Source: Actinomycetes bacterium (GTDB taxonomy: Bacteria > Actinomycetota > CALGFH01). From it: DNA of 56,404 nt. Numbering within the stretch: position 1 is the first letter of the stretch; each line of letters begins with the position of its first letter. The stretch covers positions 1-56,404 of the forward strand of contig JBJMHP010000348.1 of assembly GCA_045807325.1 (NCBI GenBank). The letters run 5' to 3'. The position numbers and the translations under genes were made by a program. Positions 44,369 through 53,217 of this stretch are shown here, piece after piece. The notes under the pieces were generated by a model, which was not told the origin of the DNA, ran no database searches, and saw only the letters and a list, made by a program, of their open reading frames with translations.

Positions 44369-44388
44369 TTATACGATCGTTCGTCTAA
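44369..44388. promoter_or_regulatory. Candidate TetR operator (imperfect 20-bp palindrome)
   Basis: TTATACGATCGTTCGTCTAA pairs at 8 of 10 positions and its core ACGATCGT is perfect. It lies in the divergent spacer between the membrane protein/lhr operon and tetR. Confidence 0.35.
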
Positions 44389-44425
44389 ACTGTCAGGTGC
44401 CATTGACACAGGAAGTGAGAAAGCC

Positions 44426-45025
44426 ATGGAGCGGCGGCAGCGGGCACCGGGCGAGCGGTCCCGCCGGCGGATCCTCGGGCAGGCGGCCAGCCTGGCCACG
44501 GTCGAGGGGCTGGAGGGGCTGTCCATCGGGCGGCTCGCCGAGGCCATGGGGATGCCCAAGAGCAGCGTCTACGTGCTGTTCGGCTCCAAGGAGCAGTTGC
44601 AGCTGGCCACCATCGACGCGGCCGGGACCAGCTTCCTCGCGGAGGTCGTCACCCCCGCCCTGCGCACCGGGAAGCCTGGGCGCGAGCGGCTCGAGACCCT
44701 GTGCGAGGGGTTCCTGGGCTACGTGCAGCGACGGGTGTTCCCCGGCGGGTGCTTCTTCGTGGCCACCGCGGCCGAGCTCGGCGCCCGCCCTGGGCGGGTC
44801 CGCGACCGGGTCGCCACCTACCAGCGGGAGTGGCGTGACCTGCTGGAGCAGACCGCCCGGGAGGCCGCCCAGGCCGGCGAGCTGGCCGACGGGACCGACC
44901 CGGCCCAGCTGGCCTTCGAGCTGTCGACCATCCTGGCCGGGACCAGCATCGTCGCTGTCCTGCACGACGACGACACCGCCATCGACTATGCCCGCCGCGC
45001 CGTCGCCGCGCGGCTGGGCGGGTGA
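44426..45025 (+). CDS. TetR/AcrR family transcriptional regulator
   Basis: RRRILGQAASLATVEGLEGLSIGRLAEAMGMPKSSVYVLFGSKEQLQLATI (TetR HTH). Confidence 0.88.
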   Translation: MERRQRAPGERSRRRILGQAASLATVEGLEGLSIGRLAEAMGMPKSSVYVLFGSKEQLQLATIDAAGTSFLAEVVTPALRTGKPGRERLETLCEGFLGYVQRRVFPGGCFFVATAAELGARPGRVRDRVATYQREWRDLLEQTAREAAQAGELADGTDPAQLAFELSTILAGTSIVAVLHDDDTAIDYARRAVAARLGG

Positions 45026-45095
45026 GCTGAGCGGGGTGTCGGCGATGGCAAACTGGACACGGCGAGGATCTCAGGCCGAAGGTGGTGCTGTGTAG

Positions 45096-48000
45096 ATGGG
45101 TTGGTTCGAACGACCGGAGTTCGGCGCCAACGTCGGGCTGATTGACGAGATCTACCGTCAGTACCTGGACAACCCCGAGTCGGTGAGCCCTGCCTGGCGG
45201 GACTTCTTCGCCGAGAACGAGCCCGAGGACGACGGCACCCAGGCGCCCGAGGACACCGCCGAGGGCCGGGTCGAGGCCGAGGGCGGCCAGGCGCAGCAGG
45301 AGCAGGCGCCGGCCCCACCGGCCCGGCAGGAGGCACCCAAGGCAGAGGCCGAGCCGGAAGCCGAGGCGCCCAAGGCCAAGTCCCCAGCCCCCGCCAAGGC
45401 CGAGGCCAAGCCGGAGCCCCAGGAGAAGGGCACGCCGGCCCCCGAGGGCGACGGCAAGGCGGCAGCCGCGGAGCTGGTCCCGCTCCGTGGGGCGGCGGCC
45501 CGGATCGTGCAGGCGATGGAGGCCAGCCGGGAGGTGCCGACGGCGACGTCGGTGCGGACCGTGCCGGCGCGGCTGCTGGAGGTCAACCGCAGCGTGCTCA
45601 ACGGGCACCTGCGTCGGCGTCAGGGCGGCAAGGTCAGCTTCACCCACATCATCGCCTACGCCGTGGTCAAGGCCCTGGAGGCCGTCCCGGTCATGACCAC
45701 CATGTACCGGGAGGTCGACGGCAAGCCCAACGCCGCCCGGCCGGCCCACGTCAACCTCGGCCTGGCCGTCGACACCCGCCGCCCCGACGGGTCGCGGACC
45801 CTGCTGGTGCCCAACATCAAGCAGGCCGACACCCTCGACTTCGCCGCCTTCGTGCGTGCCTACGAGGAGATCATCGCCAAGGTCAAGGCGAACAAGCTGA
45901 CCGTCCAGGACTTCGCCGACACCACCCTGACCATCACCAACCCGGGCACCATCGGCACCGTGCTGTCGGTCCCCCGCCTGATGGCCGGCCAGTCGGCCAT
46001 CATCGGCGTGGGCGCGATCGACTACCCGGCCGAGTACCAGGGCGCCGACCCCGACACCCTGGCCGCCGCCGGGATCGGCAAGGTCGTCACCCTGACCTCG
46101 ACGTATGACCACCGGGTCATCCAGGGGGCCGAGAGCGGCGAGTTCCTGGCCCGGATGCACCGGCTGCTGCTGGGCGAGGACGACTTCTACGCCGACCTGT
46201 TCCGCTCCATGACCGTCCCGTACGTGCCCGTGCAGTGGCGCAAGGACGAGAAGCCGCCCGAGGACACCCTGGAGGCCATCGAGAAGCAGGCCCGGGTACT
46301 CCAGCTGATCAACATGTACCGGGTCAGGGGCCACCTGATCGCCAACCTGGACCCGCTCAAGGCCAAGCCGCCCAAGATGCACCCCGAGCTCGACCCGGCC
46401 ACCTACGGGTTCACCATCTGGGACCTGGAGCGCCGCTTCGTCACCGGCGGACTGGCCGGCCAACGCGAGCTGCCGCTTGGCGAGATCCTCCACATCCTGC
46501 GCGACGCCTACTGCCGCACCGGCACCGTCGAGTACATGCACAACGCCCAGACCGACGAGAAGCAGTGGATCCAGGAGCACGTCGAGGGCGTCCCCCAGGA
46601 GCTGTCCAAGGAGGACCAGCTCCAGATCCTGCACAAGCTCAGCGAGGCCGACGCCTTCGAGCGGTTCCTGCACAACAAGTACACCGGCCACAAGCGCTTC
46701 AGCCTGGAGGGCGGCGAGAGCCTGATCCCCATGCTGGACGCGGTCCTGGACCAGGCCGCCGACGACGACATGGAGGGCACGGTCGTCGGCATGAGCCACC
46801 GGGGACGGCTCAACGTGCTGGCCAACACCGTCGGCAAGAGCTACGGGGAGATCTTCGGCGAGTTCGAGGGCAACCTCGACCCGACCCTCACCCAGGGCTC
46901 GGGCGACGTGAAGTACCACCTGGGGGCGGTGGGCAAGCACGTGGCCCGCTCGGGCAAGGAGGTGCGGGTCGAGGTCGCCTCCAACCCCAGCCACCTGGAG
47001 GCGGTCAACCCGGTGGTCGAGGGGATCGCCCGGGCCCGCCAGGACCTGCTCGACCGGGGCGAGGAGGCCCCGGTCCTGCCCATCCTGATCCACGGCGACG
47101 CCGCCTTCGCCGGCCAGGGGGTGGTGGCCGAGACCCTCAACCTGTCCCAGCTACGCGGCTACCGCACCGGCGGCACCGTCCACATCGTGGTCAACAACCA
47201 GGTCGGCTTCACCACCAGCCCCGACTACGGCCGCTCCTCCACCTACGCCACCGACGTGGCCAAGATGATCCAGGCGCCGATCTTCCACGTGAACGGCGAC
47301 GACCCCGAGGCCTGCGTCCGCGTGGCCCGGCTGGCCTTCGACTTCCGCCAGGCGTTCAAGAAGGACGTCGTCATCGACATGTGGTGCTACCGGCGCTACG
47401 GCCACAACGAGGCCGACGAGCCGTCGTTCACCCAGCCGCTGATGTACGAGCGGATCAAGAACCGCCGGCCGGTGCGCAAGCTCTACACCGAGGCCCTGGT
47501 CAACCGGGGCGACCTGTCGATCGAGGAGGCCGAGCAGTTCCTGGAGGCCTTCCGCCGGCGGCTCCAGCAGGCCTTCGACGACACCCACGACGAGGAGGGC
47601 GGCCAGGTGGCCAAGGTCGAGCTGGAGCGCCCGGCCCCGATGGCCACCGACCCGGCCGTCGACACCGCCGTGGACCGCCGGACCCTCGACCAGCTGCTGG
47701 TCAAGCTCACCACCGTGCCCGAGGGCTTCAACGTCCACCCCAAGCTGACCAGGTGGCTGGAGCAGCGGGCCGGGGCCCTGGAGCGCAACGCCGTCGACTG
47801 GGCCCTCGGCGAGGCCCTGGCCTTCGGGTCCCTGCTCACCGAGGGCCGCACCATCCGGCTGTCCGGCCAGGACACCCGGCGGGGCACCTTCAGCCAGCGC
47901 CACTCGGTCCTGGTCGACCAGCAGACCGGCGACCAGTACACGCCCCTGGCCAACCTGGGCGAGGGCCAGGGCAAGTTCTTCGTCTACGACAGCCTGCTGA

Positions 48001-48818
48001 GCGAGTTCGCGGCCGTGGGCTTCGAGTACGGCTACTCCGTCGCCAATCCTGAGGCCCTGGTGCTGTGGGAGGCCCAGTTCGGCGACTTCGTCAACGGCGC
48101 CCAGATCATCGTCGACCAGTTCATCTCGGCCGCCGAGGACAAGTGGGACCAGCGCTCCGGCCTGGTCCTGCTGCTCCCCCACGGCTTCGAGGGCCAGGGC
48201 CCCGAGCACTCCAGCGCCCGCCTGGAGCGGTTCCTTGACCTCGCCGCCGAGGACAACATGCAGGTCACCTACCCCTCCACCCCGGCCCAGTACTTCCACC
48301 TGCTGCGCCGCCAGGCCCTGCGGGCCAACCGCAAGCCGCTGGTCGTGATGACCCCCAAGTCGCTGCTGCGGCTGCCCGCGGCCCGCTCCACGGCCGAGCA
48401 GCTCACCGCCGGCCAGTTCTCCGAGGTCCTGCCCGACCCGGCCCAGCCGTCGCCCGACCAGGTGCGCCGGGTCATGCTGTGCAGCGGCAAGGTCTACTAC
48501 GAGCTGGCCAAGCGGCGCGCCGACGGCGACCTCGACCAGGTGGCCCTGATCCGGGTCGAGCAGCTGTACCCGTTCCCGGCCGCGGCCCTGCGGGCCCAGC
48601 TGGACGCCTACCCCGAGGCCGAGCGCGTCCTCTGGGTCCAGGAGGAGCCGGAGAACATGGGCGCCTGGCGCTACGTGCGGCTCAAGGCCGACGAGGAGCT
48701 CGGGGTGCGGCTGGAGCCGGTCACCCGCGACGAGGGGGCCGCCCCGGCCGCCGGCAGCCCAACCCTGCACGCCCAGGAGCAGCAGGAGCTACTCGACCGC
48801 GCGTTTGCCGGCCTATAG
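45096..48818 (+). CDS. kgd: Multifunctional 2-oxoglutarate decarboxylase/dehydrogenase E1o with a fused E2-like acyltransferase domain (Kgd/OdhA type)
   Basis: FGANVGLIDEIYRQYLDNPESVSPAWRDFF, an Ala/Pro/Glu linker, an E2-like catalytic region ..STYDHRVIQGAESGEFL.., then E1o: YRVRGHLIANLDPL..FSLEGGESLIP..GDVKYHLG..HGDAAFAGQGVV.. Confidence 0.93.
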   Translation: MGWFERPEFGANVGLIDEIYRQYLDNPESVSPAWRDFFAENEPEDDGTQAPEDTAEGRVEAEGGQAQQEQAPAPPARQEAPKAEAEPEAEAPKAKSPAPAKAEAKPEPQEKGTPAPEGDGKAAAAELVPLRGAAARIVQAMEASREVPTATSVRTVPARLLEVNRSVLNGHLRRRQGGKVSFTHIIAYAVVKALEAVPVMTTMYREVDGKPNAARPAHVNLGLAVDTRRPDGSRTLLVPNIKQADTLDFAAFVRAYEEIIAKVKANKLTVQDFADTTLTITNPGTIGTVLSVPRLMAGQSAIIGVGAIDYPAEYQGADPDTLAAAGIGKVVTLTSTYDHRVIQGAESGEFLARMHRLLLGEDDFYADLFRSMTVPYVPVQWRKDEKPPEDTLEAIEKQARVLQLINMYRVRGHLIANLDPLKAKPPKMHPELDPATYGFTIWDLERRFVTGGLAGQRELPLGEILHILRDAYCRTGTVEYMHNAQTDEKQWIQEHVEGVPQELSKEDQLQILHKLSEADAFERFLHNKYTGHKRFSLEGGESLIPMLDAVLDQAADDDMEGTVVGMSHRGRLNVLANTVGKSYGEIFGEFEGNLDPTLTQGSGDVKYHLGAVGKHVARSGKEVRVEVASNPSHLEAVNPVVEGIARARQDLLDRGEEAPVLPILIHGDAAFAGQGVVAETLNLSQLRGYRTGGTVHIVVNNQVGFTTSPDYGRSSTYATDVAKMIQAPIFHVNGDDPEACVRVARLAFDFRQAFKKDVVIDMWCYRRYGHNEADEPSFTQPLMYERIKNRRPVRKLYTEALVNRGDLSIEEAEQFLEAFRRRLQQAFDDTHDEEGGQVAKVELERPAPMATDPAVDTAVDRRTLDQLLVKLTTVPEGFNVHPKLTRWLEQRAGALERNAVDWALGEALAFGSLLTEGRTIRLSGQDTRRGTFSQRHSVLVDQQTGDQYTPLANLGEGQGKFFVYDSLLSEFAAVGFEYGYSVANPEALVLWEAQFGDFVNGAQIIVDQFISAAEDKWDQRSGLVLLLPHGFEGQGPEHSSARLERFLDLAAEDNMQVTYPSTPAQYFHLLRRQALRANRKPLVVMTPKSLLRLPAARSTAEQLTAGQFSEVLPDPAQPSPDQVRRVMLCSGKVYYELAKRRADGDLDQVALIRVEQLYPFPAAALRAQLDAYPEAERVLWVQEEPENMGAWRYVRLKADEELGVRLEPVTRDEGAAPAAGSPTLHAQEQQELLDRAFAGL

Positions 48819-48858
48819 GGTATCGGCACCCCTGATCCGCGACCGAGGAGGTGCCGCC

Positions 48859-49230
48859 ATGAAGGTGCGGGACGTGGCGAGCAGCGCGGTGGTGGCGGTG
48901 GGGCCGGCCCAGTCGCTGCGGGAGGCGGCCCAGCTCATGGCCAAGCACCGGGTGGGCTCGGCCGTGGTCCAGGACGCCGAGATGCTGATCGGCATCCTGA
49001 CCGAGCGCGACGTGCTGGGCGCGGTCGCGGCCGCCAACGACCCCGAGGCCGTCAGCGTGGAGCAGATCATGACCGCCGACGTGGTCACCGTCGGGCCCGA
49101 CTGGGACCTGATCGAGGCGGCCAGGGTCATGGCCCGCCGGCGCATCCGCCACCTGGTGGTCTACGAGGGCGGCCAGCTCCTCGGGGTGCTGAGCGTCCGC
49201 GACGTCCTCCCCGCCGTGCTGCCGGAGTAG
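48859..49230 (+). CDS. CBS domain-containing protein
   Basis: MKVRDVASSAVVAVGPAQSLREAAQLMAKHRVGSAVV..GILTERDVL..IMTADVVTV..RRRIRHLVV. GAGGAGG lies upstream of ATG 48859. Confidence 0.85.
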   Translation: MKVRDVASSAVVAVGPAQSLREAAQLMAKHRVGSAVVQDAEMLIGILTERDVLGAVAAANDPEAVSVEQIMTADVVTVGPDWDLIEAARVMARRRIRHLVVYEGGQLLGVLSVRDVLPAVLPE

Positions 49231-49254
49231 CCCGGCGCGCTCGGGCGGCCGCGC

Positions 49255-49839
49255 TCAGGAGGGGACCAGGCCCAGGATGCGCCAGCTGCCGTCGCGCCGG
49301 ACCAGGTTGCAGCGGTAGAGGGCGGCGCTGGCCCGGGTCGCCCTGACCTGGCGGCCCGACCCGGTCACCAGCCGGGCCGGGGAGCGGCCGACGCGGGCGA
49401 TCACCACCCAGGTGCCGTCGCCCGCCCGGTGGGCTTCGAACACCTTGACCGGCAGGCGCAGGCCGTCCAGGCGGCGGCCGGAGCTGCGCAGCCGGGCGAT
49501 CTCGGCCCGGTCCCTGGCCAGGCCGGCCGCGCCCGGGGCGTAGACCGACTCCAGCAGCCGCCGGTCGCGCTCGCGCAGGGCGATCTCGCGCAGCAGCATC
49601 AACTCCCGGAACCGGTCGACGATCAGCTGCCTGACCAGCGCCGCCGGGGTCGCGGTGACGTCCGAGGTGCCGCCGCCCGGCTCCTGGGCCTGGTCGGCCG
49701 CCGACGCCGCCTCCCGGGTCGCGACCACGCCCAGGGAGCCGGCCACGAACAGGCTCACCAGCACGACGGCGACAAAGGTCAAGCCGACGGCGCTTTCCGC
49801 GCTCGACCGGCTGGGCGACGGATCCGGATCGGTCTGCAT
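49255..49839 (-). CDS. Hypothetical membrane-anchored protein (N-terminal TM plus a roughly 130-aa C-terminal domain)
   Basis: MQTDPDPSPS..VGLTFVAVVLVSLFVAGSLGVV.., then LIVDRFRELMLLREIALRERDRRLLESVY..WVVIARV..YRCNLVRRDGSWRILGLV. I chose ATG 49839; the track ORF extension is shadow frame. Confidence 0.55.
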   Translation of the reverse strand: MQTDPDPSPSRSSAESAVGLTFVAVVLVSLFVAGSLGVVATREAASAADQAQEPGGGTSDVTATPAALVRQLIVDRFRELMLLREIALRERDRRLLESVYAPGAAGLARDRAEIARLRSSGRRLDGLRLPVKVFEAHRAGDGTWVVIARVGRSPARLVTGSGRQVRATRASAALYRCNLVRRDGSWRILGLVPS

Positions 49840-49868
49840 GCCAGGAAAGAATGCACAGGGGTCAAGGC

Positions 49869-49897
49869 ATGCTACGACGCGGGCAAACCCCTGACAA
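49869..49897 (-). promoter_or_regulatory. Candidate promoter (TTGTCA-N17-TAGCAT)
   Basis: The minus strand reads cgaTTGTCAggggtttgcccgcgtcgTAGCATgcc, about 30 nt upstream of ATG 49839. Confidence 0.4.
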
Positions 49898-49937
49898 TCG
49901 CTCGGGGTCGCCGATCTGGCTGAACAGGCGCGGCCGA

Positions 49938-51599
49938 CTACCCGGCGCCGGCCGGCCCGGCGCCGCCGGGAGCGGTCCGGCGGGCGGCCAGGCGCTGCTC
50001 GGCGGCCAGCCGGCCGAGCCCGACCTCGTCGTGGACCACGAACCGCATCGCCCCGGCGATGCCCCGGTGCCCGGCCTCTTCGGCCACCAGCCGGTGCATC
50101 TCCTGGGCGACCCACCGGTAGGCCGGGTGGCCCTGGGGGGTGGAGCGCAGCTCGGCCAGGTGCATGAGCTCGCGGGCGTTCATGGTCATGGCGAACCGGA
50201 CCCGGTGGGCCAGGGCGACGGCATAGGGCGCCTGGGCCGGGAACCGGGCCGCCAGGGCCGCATAGAGCCCGGCCGAGGCGGCCATGGCGGCCTGGAACCG
50301 CCCGGCCAGCCCGGCCTCGGCGACGTCGCCGGGCACGTCGTAGCCGAGCCCGGGGGTGAGCGGCTGCCACACGATCGTGCACATCCGGTGCCGCTGCAGA
50401 TCTCTGAAGGCGCCGTAGTCCGCGACAACGTCGAAGGTGTAGACGGCCCGCTCGAAGGCCCGCCCGGGCCGGTGGCGGCGGTTGCGCCGCTCGCCCACGT
50501 AGGCGGCCAGCAGCCGGACCCGCTCCTCCCGGCCGAGCCGGGCCACCCGGGCGGCGACCTCGGCCTCGCCGGTCCCCGTGTCGGGATAGGCGATGGCCAC
50601 AAGGACCTTGTCCTCGCCGGCCGGGTCGAACTCGGTGAGCCGGACCGACGGGCCCGGCTGGACGGCCGGGGGGGCGTCGCCGAGCACGGCCTCGACCACC
50701 TTGGCCGTCTCGGAGGCCGTCTCGGCCAGGTAGCGGGACCAGGCCACCCCCCGGTCCTCGCGGTCGACCCGGTGCAGGAACGCCGGGATCACCTTGCGCA
50801 GCTCCTCCAGCAGCAGGTCGGCGTAGCTGCGGGCCTCGGGCAGGGCCGAGGCCCGCAGGCGCAGCAGCAGCGCCTCATAGGCCTGCCCGGTGGCGAAGAT
50901 GCCCAGGTTGGAGGTGGTGGCGGCCGGCAGCAGGCCGCGCAGGCCGTCCAGGGCCCTGGCCTTGACGGCCCGCCGCCAGGCGGCCTCGCTCGACCCGGGC
51001 TCCTGGGGCACGACGCCGGCCAGGTGCTCGGTGAGGGCCGGGAGCAGCTCGGCGTAGGTGGCGAACAGCCCGTCCAGGACCTGCCGGTACTCAAGGCCGA
51101 GGTCGCTGGCGGCCACGTCCGGGTCCAGGTGGTAGCGCCAGCGGCCGCCCGGGCGGTCGGCGTAGGAGACATAGCGGGTCGACTGCTCCAGGTAGGCGGC
51201 CAGCCGGCCCCACTCCAGCTGCTTGGTGAGCAGGTTGGACGCCTGCTCGCAGGCCACATGGGCCCCGCCCAGCTGGGCCACGCTGTCGTCGCCGTAGTCG
51301 TCGAAGACGCGCTGGTACAGCGCGGTCGCCCTGGCCTGACCGACCGGGGGGGCGCTTGTCGCCCCCCCGGACCCCCCCGCCCCCGGCGACTCCACGTCGT
51401 CGGCGAACTCGTCCAGGAACAGCCGGCGCAGGGTCTTGCCCGAGCGTGAGTAGCGGGCGAACAGGGCCCCCTTGGTCGTCTCGGGCAGGTTACGCAGGGC
51501 GAACACCGGCCGGTCGAGGTTGGTGACATAGGGGGCCAGGCGGGCCCGCTCGTCGTCGGTGAGCTCCTCCGCCCAGTACTGCGGCTGGGATCGATTCAT
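49938..51599 (-). CDS. thyX: FAD-dependent thymidylate synthase ThyX, long (about 550 aa) two-lobe form
   Basis: N-terminal half ..NLPETTKGALFARYSRS.. C-terminal half ..RNRRHRPGRAFE..YGAFRDLQRHRMCT..MNARELMHLAELRSTPQGHPAYR (ThyX RHR / ELRS-type motifs). I chose ATG 51599 (GAGGGGG upstream). The alternative ATG 51638 overlaps the dapB stop (ATGA). Confidence 0.8.
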   Translation of the reverse strand: MNRSQPQYWAEELTDDERARLAPYVTNLDRPVFALRNLPETTKGALFARYSRSGKTLRRLFLDEFADDVESPGAGGSGGATSAPPVGQARATALYQRVFDDYGDDSVAQLGGAHVACEQASNLLTKQLEWGRLAAYLEQSTRYVSYADRPGGRWRYHLDPDVAASDLGLEYRQVLDGLFATYAELLPALTEHLAGVVPQEPGSSEAAWRRAVKARALDGLRGLLPAATTSNLGIFATGQAYEALLLRLRASALPEARSYADLLLEELRKVIPAFLHRVDREDRGVAWSRYLAETASETAKVVEAVLGDAPPAVQPGPSVRLTEFDPAGEDKVLVAIAYPDTGTGEAEVAARVARLGREERVRLLAAYVGERRNRRHRPGRAFERAVYTFDVVADYGAFRDLQRHRMCTIVWQPLTPGLGYDVPGDVAEAGLAGRFQAAMAASAGLYAALAARFPAQAPYAVALAHRVRFAMTMNARELMHLAELRSTPQGHPAYRWVAQEMHRLVAEEAGHRGIAGAMRFVVHDEVGLGRLAAEQRLAARRTAPGGAGPAGAG

Positions 51600-51634
51600 C
51601 GGGGGACCCCCTCGGGGTTCCCCAGACCCCTCCG

Positions 51635-52432
51635 TCATGCCAGCCCCAGCAGCGGCTCGAGGCCGACGGTGAGGCCGGGCCTGGTGCCGACCTCGCGCAC
51701 GGCCAGCAGCACCCCGGGCATGAACGACGAACGGTCGAGCGAGTCGTGGCGCAGGGTAAGGACCTCCCCCTGGCCGCCGAAGATGACCTCCTGGTGGGCC
51801 ACCAGCCCGGGCAGGCGGACCGAGTGGACCCGCACCCCGTCGACCTCGCCGCCCCTGACGCCGCCCACCGACTCCTGGCCGACTCCCGGGACCGGCGGCT
51901 GCTGGCGGGCGGCGGCGATGGCCCTGGCCGTGCGCAGGGCGGTCCCGGACGGGGCGTCGGCCTTGCCCTGGTGGTGGAGCTCGATGACCTCGGCGGACGG
52001 GTAGAAGCGACCCGCCACGGCCGCGAAGTGCATGGCCAGCACGGCCCCGAGGGCGAAGTTGGGCGCCCAGACGACGTTGCCGTGCTCGGCCTTGCCGGCC
52101 AGGTTGGCCAGGTCGTCCAGCAGCTCGGCGGGCAGCCCGGTGGTCCCCGAGACCAGGTGGACGCCCTCGGGCACCAGCCCCTCGACGGCCGCGGCGGTCG
52201 CCTCGGGCCGGGAGAAGTCGACCACCACCTCGGCCTCGGCGGCAATCAGCTCCGACAGGCTCTCGGCCACCAGCAGGCCCTCGGGCGCGCCGGGCACCAG
52301 CTCGGCCAGCGGGCGGCCGACCCGGGTGGCCCGGCCGACCGCGGCGGCCAGCTCCAGGTCGGGCGTGGCCAGCACCGCCTCGCAGGTCGCCCGCCCCATC
52401 CGGCCCGTCGCCCCCAGCACCCCGACCCGCAC
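51635..52432 (-). CDS. dapB: 4-hydroxy-tetrahydrodipicolinate reductase
   Basis: MRVGVLGATGRMGRATCEAV..VDFSRPEA..ELHHQGKADAPSGTA. Confidence 0.92.
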   Translation of the reverse strand: MRVGVLGATGRMGRATCEAVLATPDLELAAAVGRATRVGRPLAELVPGAPEGLLVAESLSELIAAEAEVVVDFSRPEATAAAVEGLVPEGVHLVSGTTGLPAELLDDLANLAGKAEHGNVVWAPNFALGAVLAMHFAAVAGRFYPSAEVIELHHQGKADAPSGTALRTARAIAAARQQPPVPGVGQESVGGVRGGEVDGVRVHSVRLPGLVAHQEVIFGGQGEVLTLRHDSLDRSSFMPGVLLAVREVGTRPGLTVGLEPLLGLA

Positions 52433-52526
52433 CCGCCGCCTCCTTCGCGTCCCCTGCCGACCGCGTGCAGGATAGCCGGTCGCCGTGACCCGCTTGGGAA
52501 CGGGCCGGATTGGTTACGCTGTTGCC

Positions 52527-53210
52527 ATGCTGGACCTGGTCGACAACGAGGCCGTGGTGCTGGCCGTGCTCGGCGACCGCTACCGGCTGCCGGTGGACCG
52601 GCTGGCCACCGGCCGGGTCGCCGTGGCCGAGGCGGCCGACCCGCGCATGCCCGTGCGGGCCCTTCACCGTGGGGGCGGGGCCGTGGTCGCGGTCGACCCG
52701 GCCTGGAGCGGGCTGCTCGCGGAGCACCTGGACGGCCCGGCGTCGCTCGACCCGGCCCTTGACGCGGTGGGCCGGGCCGCCGGCGGCCAGCACTGGTCGT
52801 GGGTGGCCCGCACCGGGGTGGCCATCCCGCCCCCGACGGCCGAGGTCACGGTGCTCGACGCCACCGACCCGCGGCTGCCCGAGTGGGTCCTCGGCCACTT
52901 CAGCGGCGAGGCCTGGGTGGTGCTCGGCGACGACGGCCAGGTGCTGTCGACCGCGGTGCTCAAGCGCTACGACGACCGGCTGCGGGAGATCTCGGTCGGC
53001 ACCGCCGAGGCGGCCCGCGGCCGCGGCCTGGCCAAGGCGGTGACGGCCGCCGCCGCCCGGGCGGTGCTGGCCGAGGGCCGGGCCGTCCTCTACAACCACG
53101 ACCCCGAGAACCACACCTCGGCCCGGGTCGCCGAGGCCGTCGGCCTGCACGAGTTCGGCCGCTGCCACGCCGTCGTCCTGGAGAAGCCGCAAGCCTCGAC
53201 CTCGAGCTGA
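52527..53210 (+). CDS. GNAT family N-acetyltransferase, probably leaderless
   Basis: The C-terminal region ..REISVGTAEAARGRGLAKAVTAAAARAVLAEGRAVLYNHDPENHTSARVAEAVGLHEFG carries the R-x-x-G-x-A acetyl-CoA motif. TACGCT (52515-52520) lies 6 nt before ATG 52527, which is leaderless geometry. The track ORF starts at 52485. Confidence 0.65.
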   Translation: MLDLVDNEAVVLAVLGDRYRLPVDRLATGRVAVAEAADPRMPVRALHRGGGAVVAVDPAWSGLLAEHLDGPASLDPALDAVGRAAGGQHWSWVARTGVAIPPPTAEVTVLDATDPRLPEWVLGHFSGEAWVVLGDDGQVLSTAVLKRYDDRLREISVGTAEAARGRGLAKAVTAAAARAVLAEGRAVLYNHDPENHTSARVAEAVGLHEFGRCHAVVLEKPQASTSS

Positions 53211-53217
53211 GGTGCGG

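Noticed and set aside
44364-44380. TGGCAC resembling a sigma-54 -24 element upstream of tetR
   Set aside because: The required TTGC -12 element is absent at the correct 5-nt spacing. Sigma-54 is also not expected in this type of genome.
49938-53192. 1084-aa ORF as a single gene
   Set aside because: Only the last ~553 codons are ThyX-like. Upstream the frame runs antisense or out-of-frame through dapB and the GNAT gene as Arg/Gly/Pro-rich junk, so I truncated it to 49938-51599.
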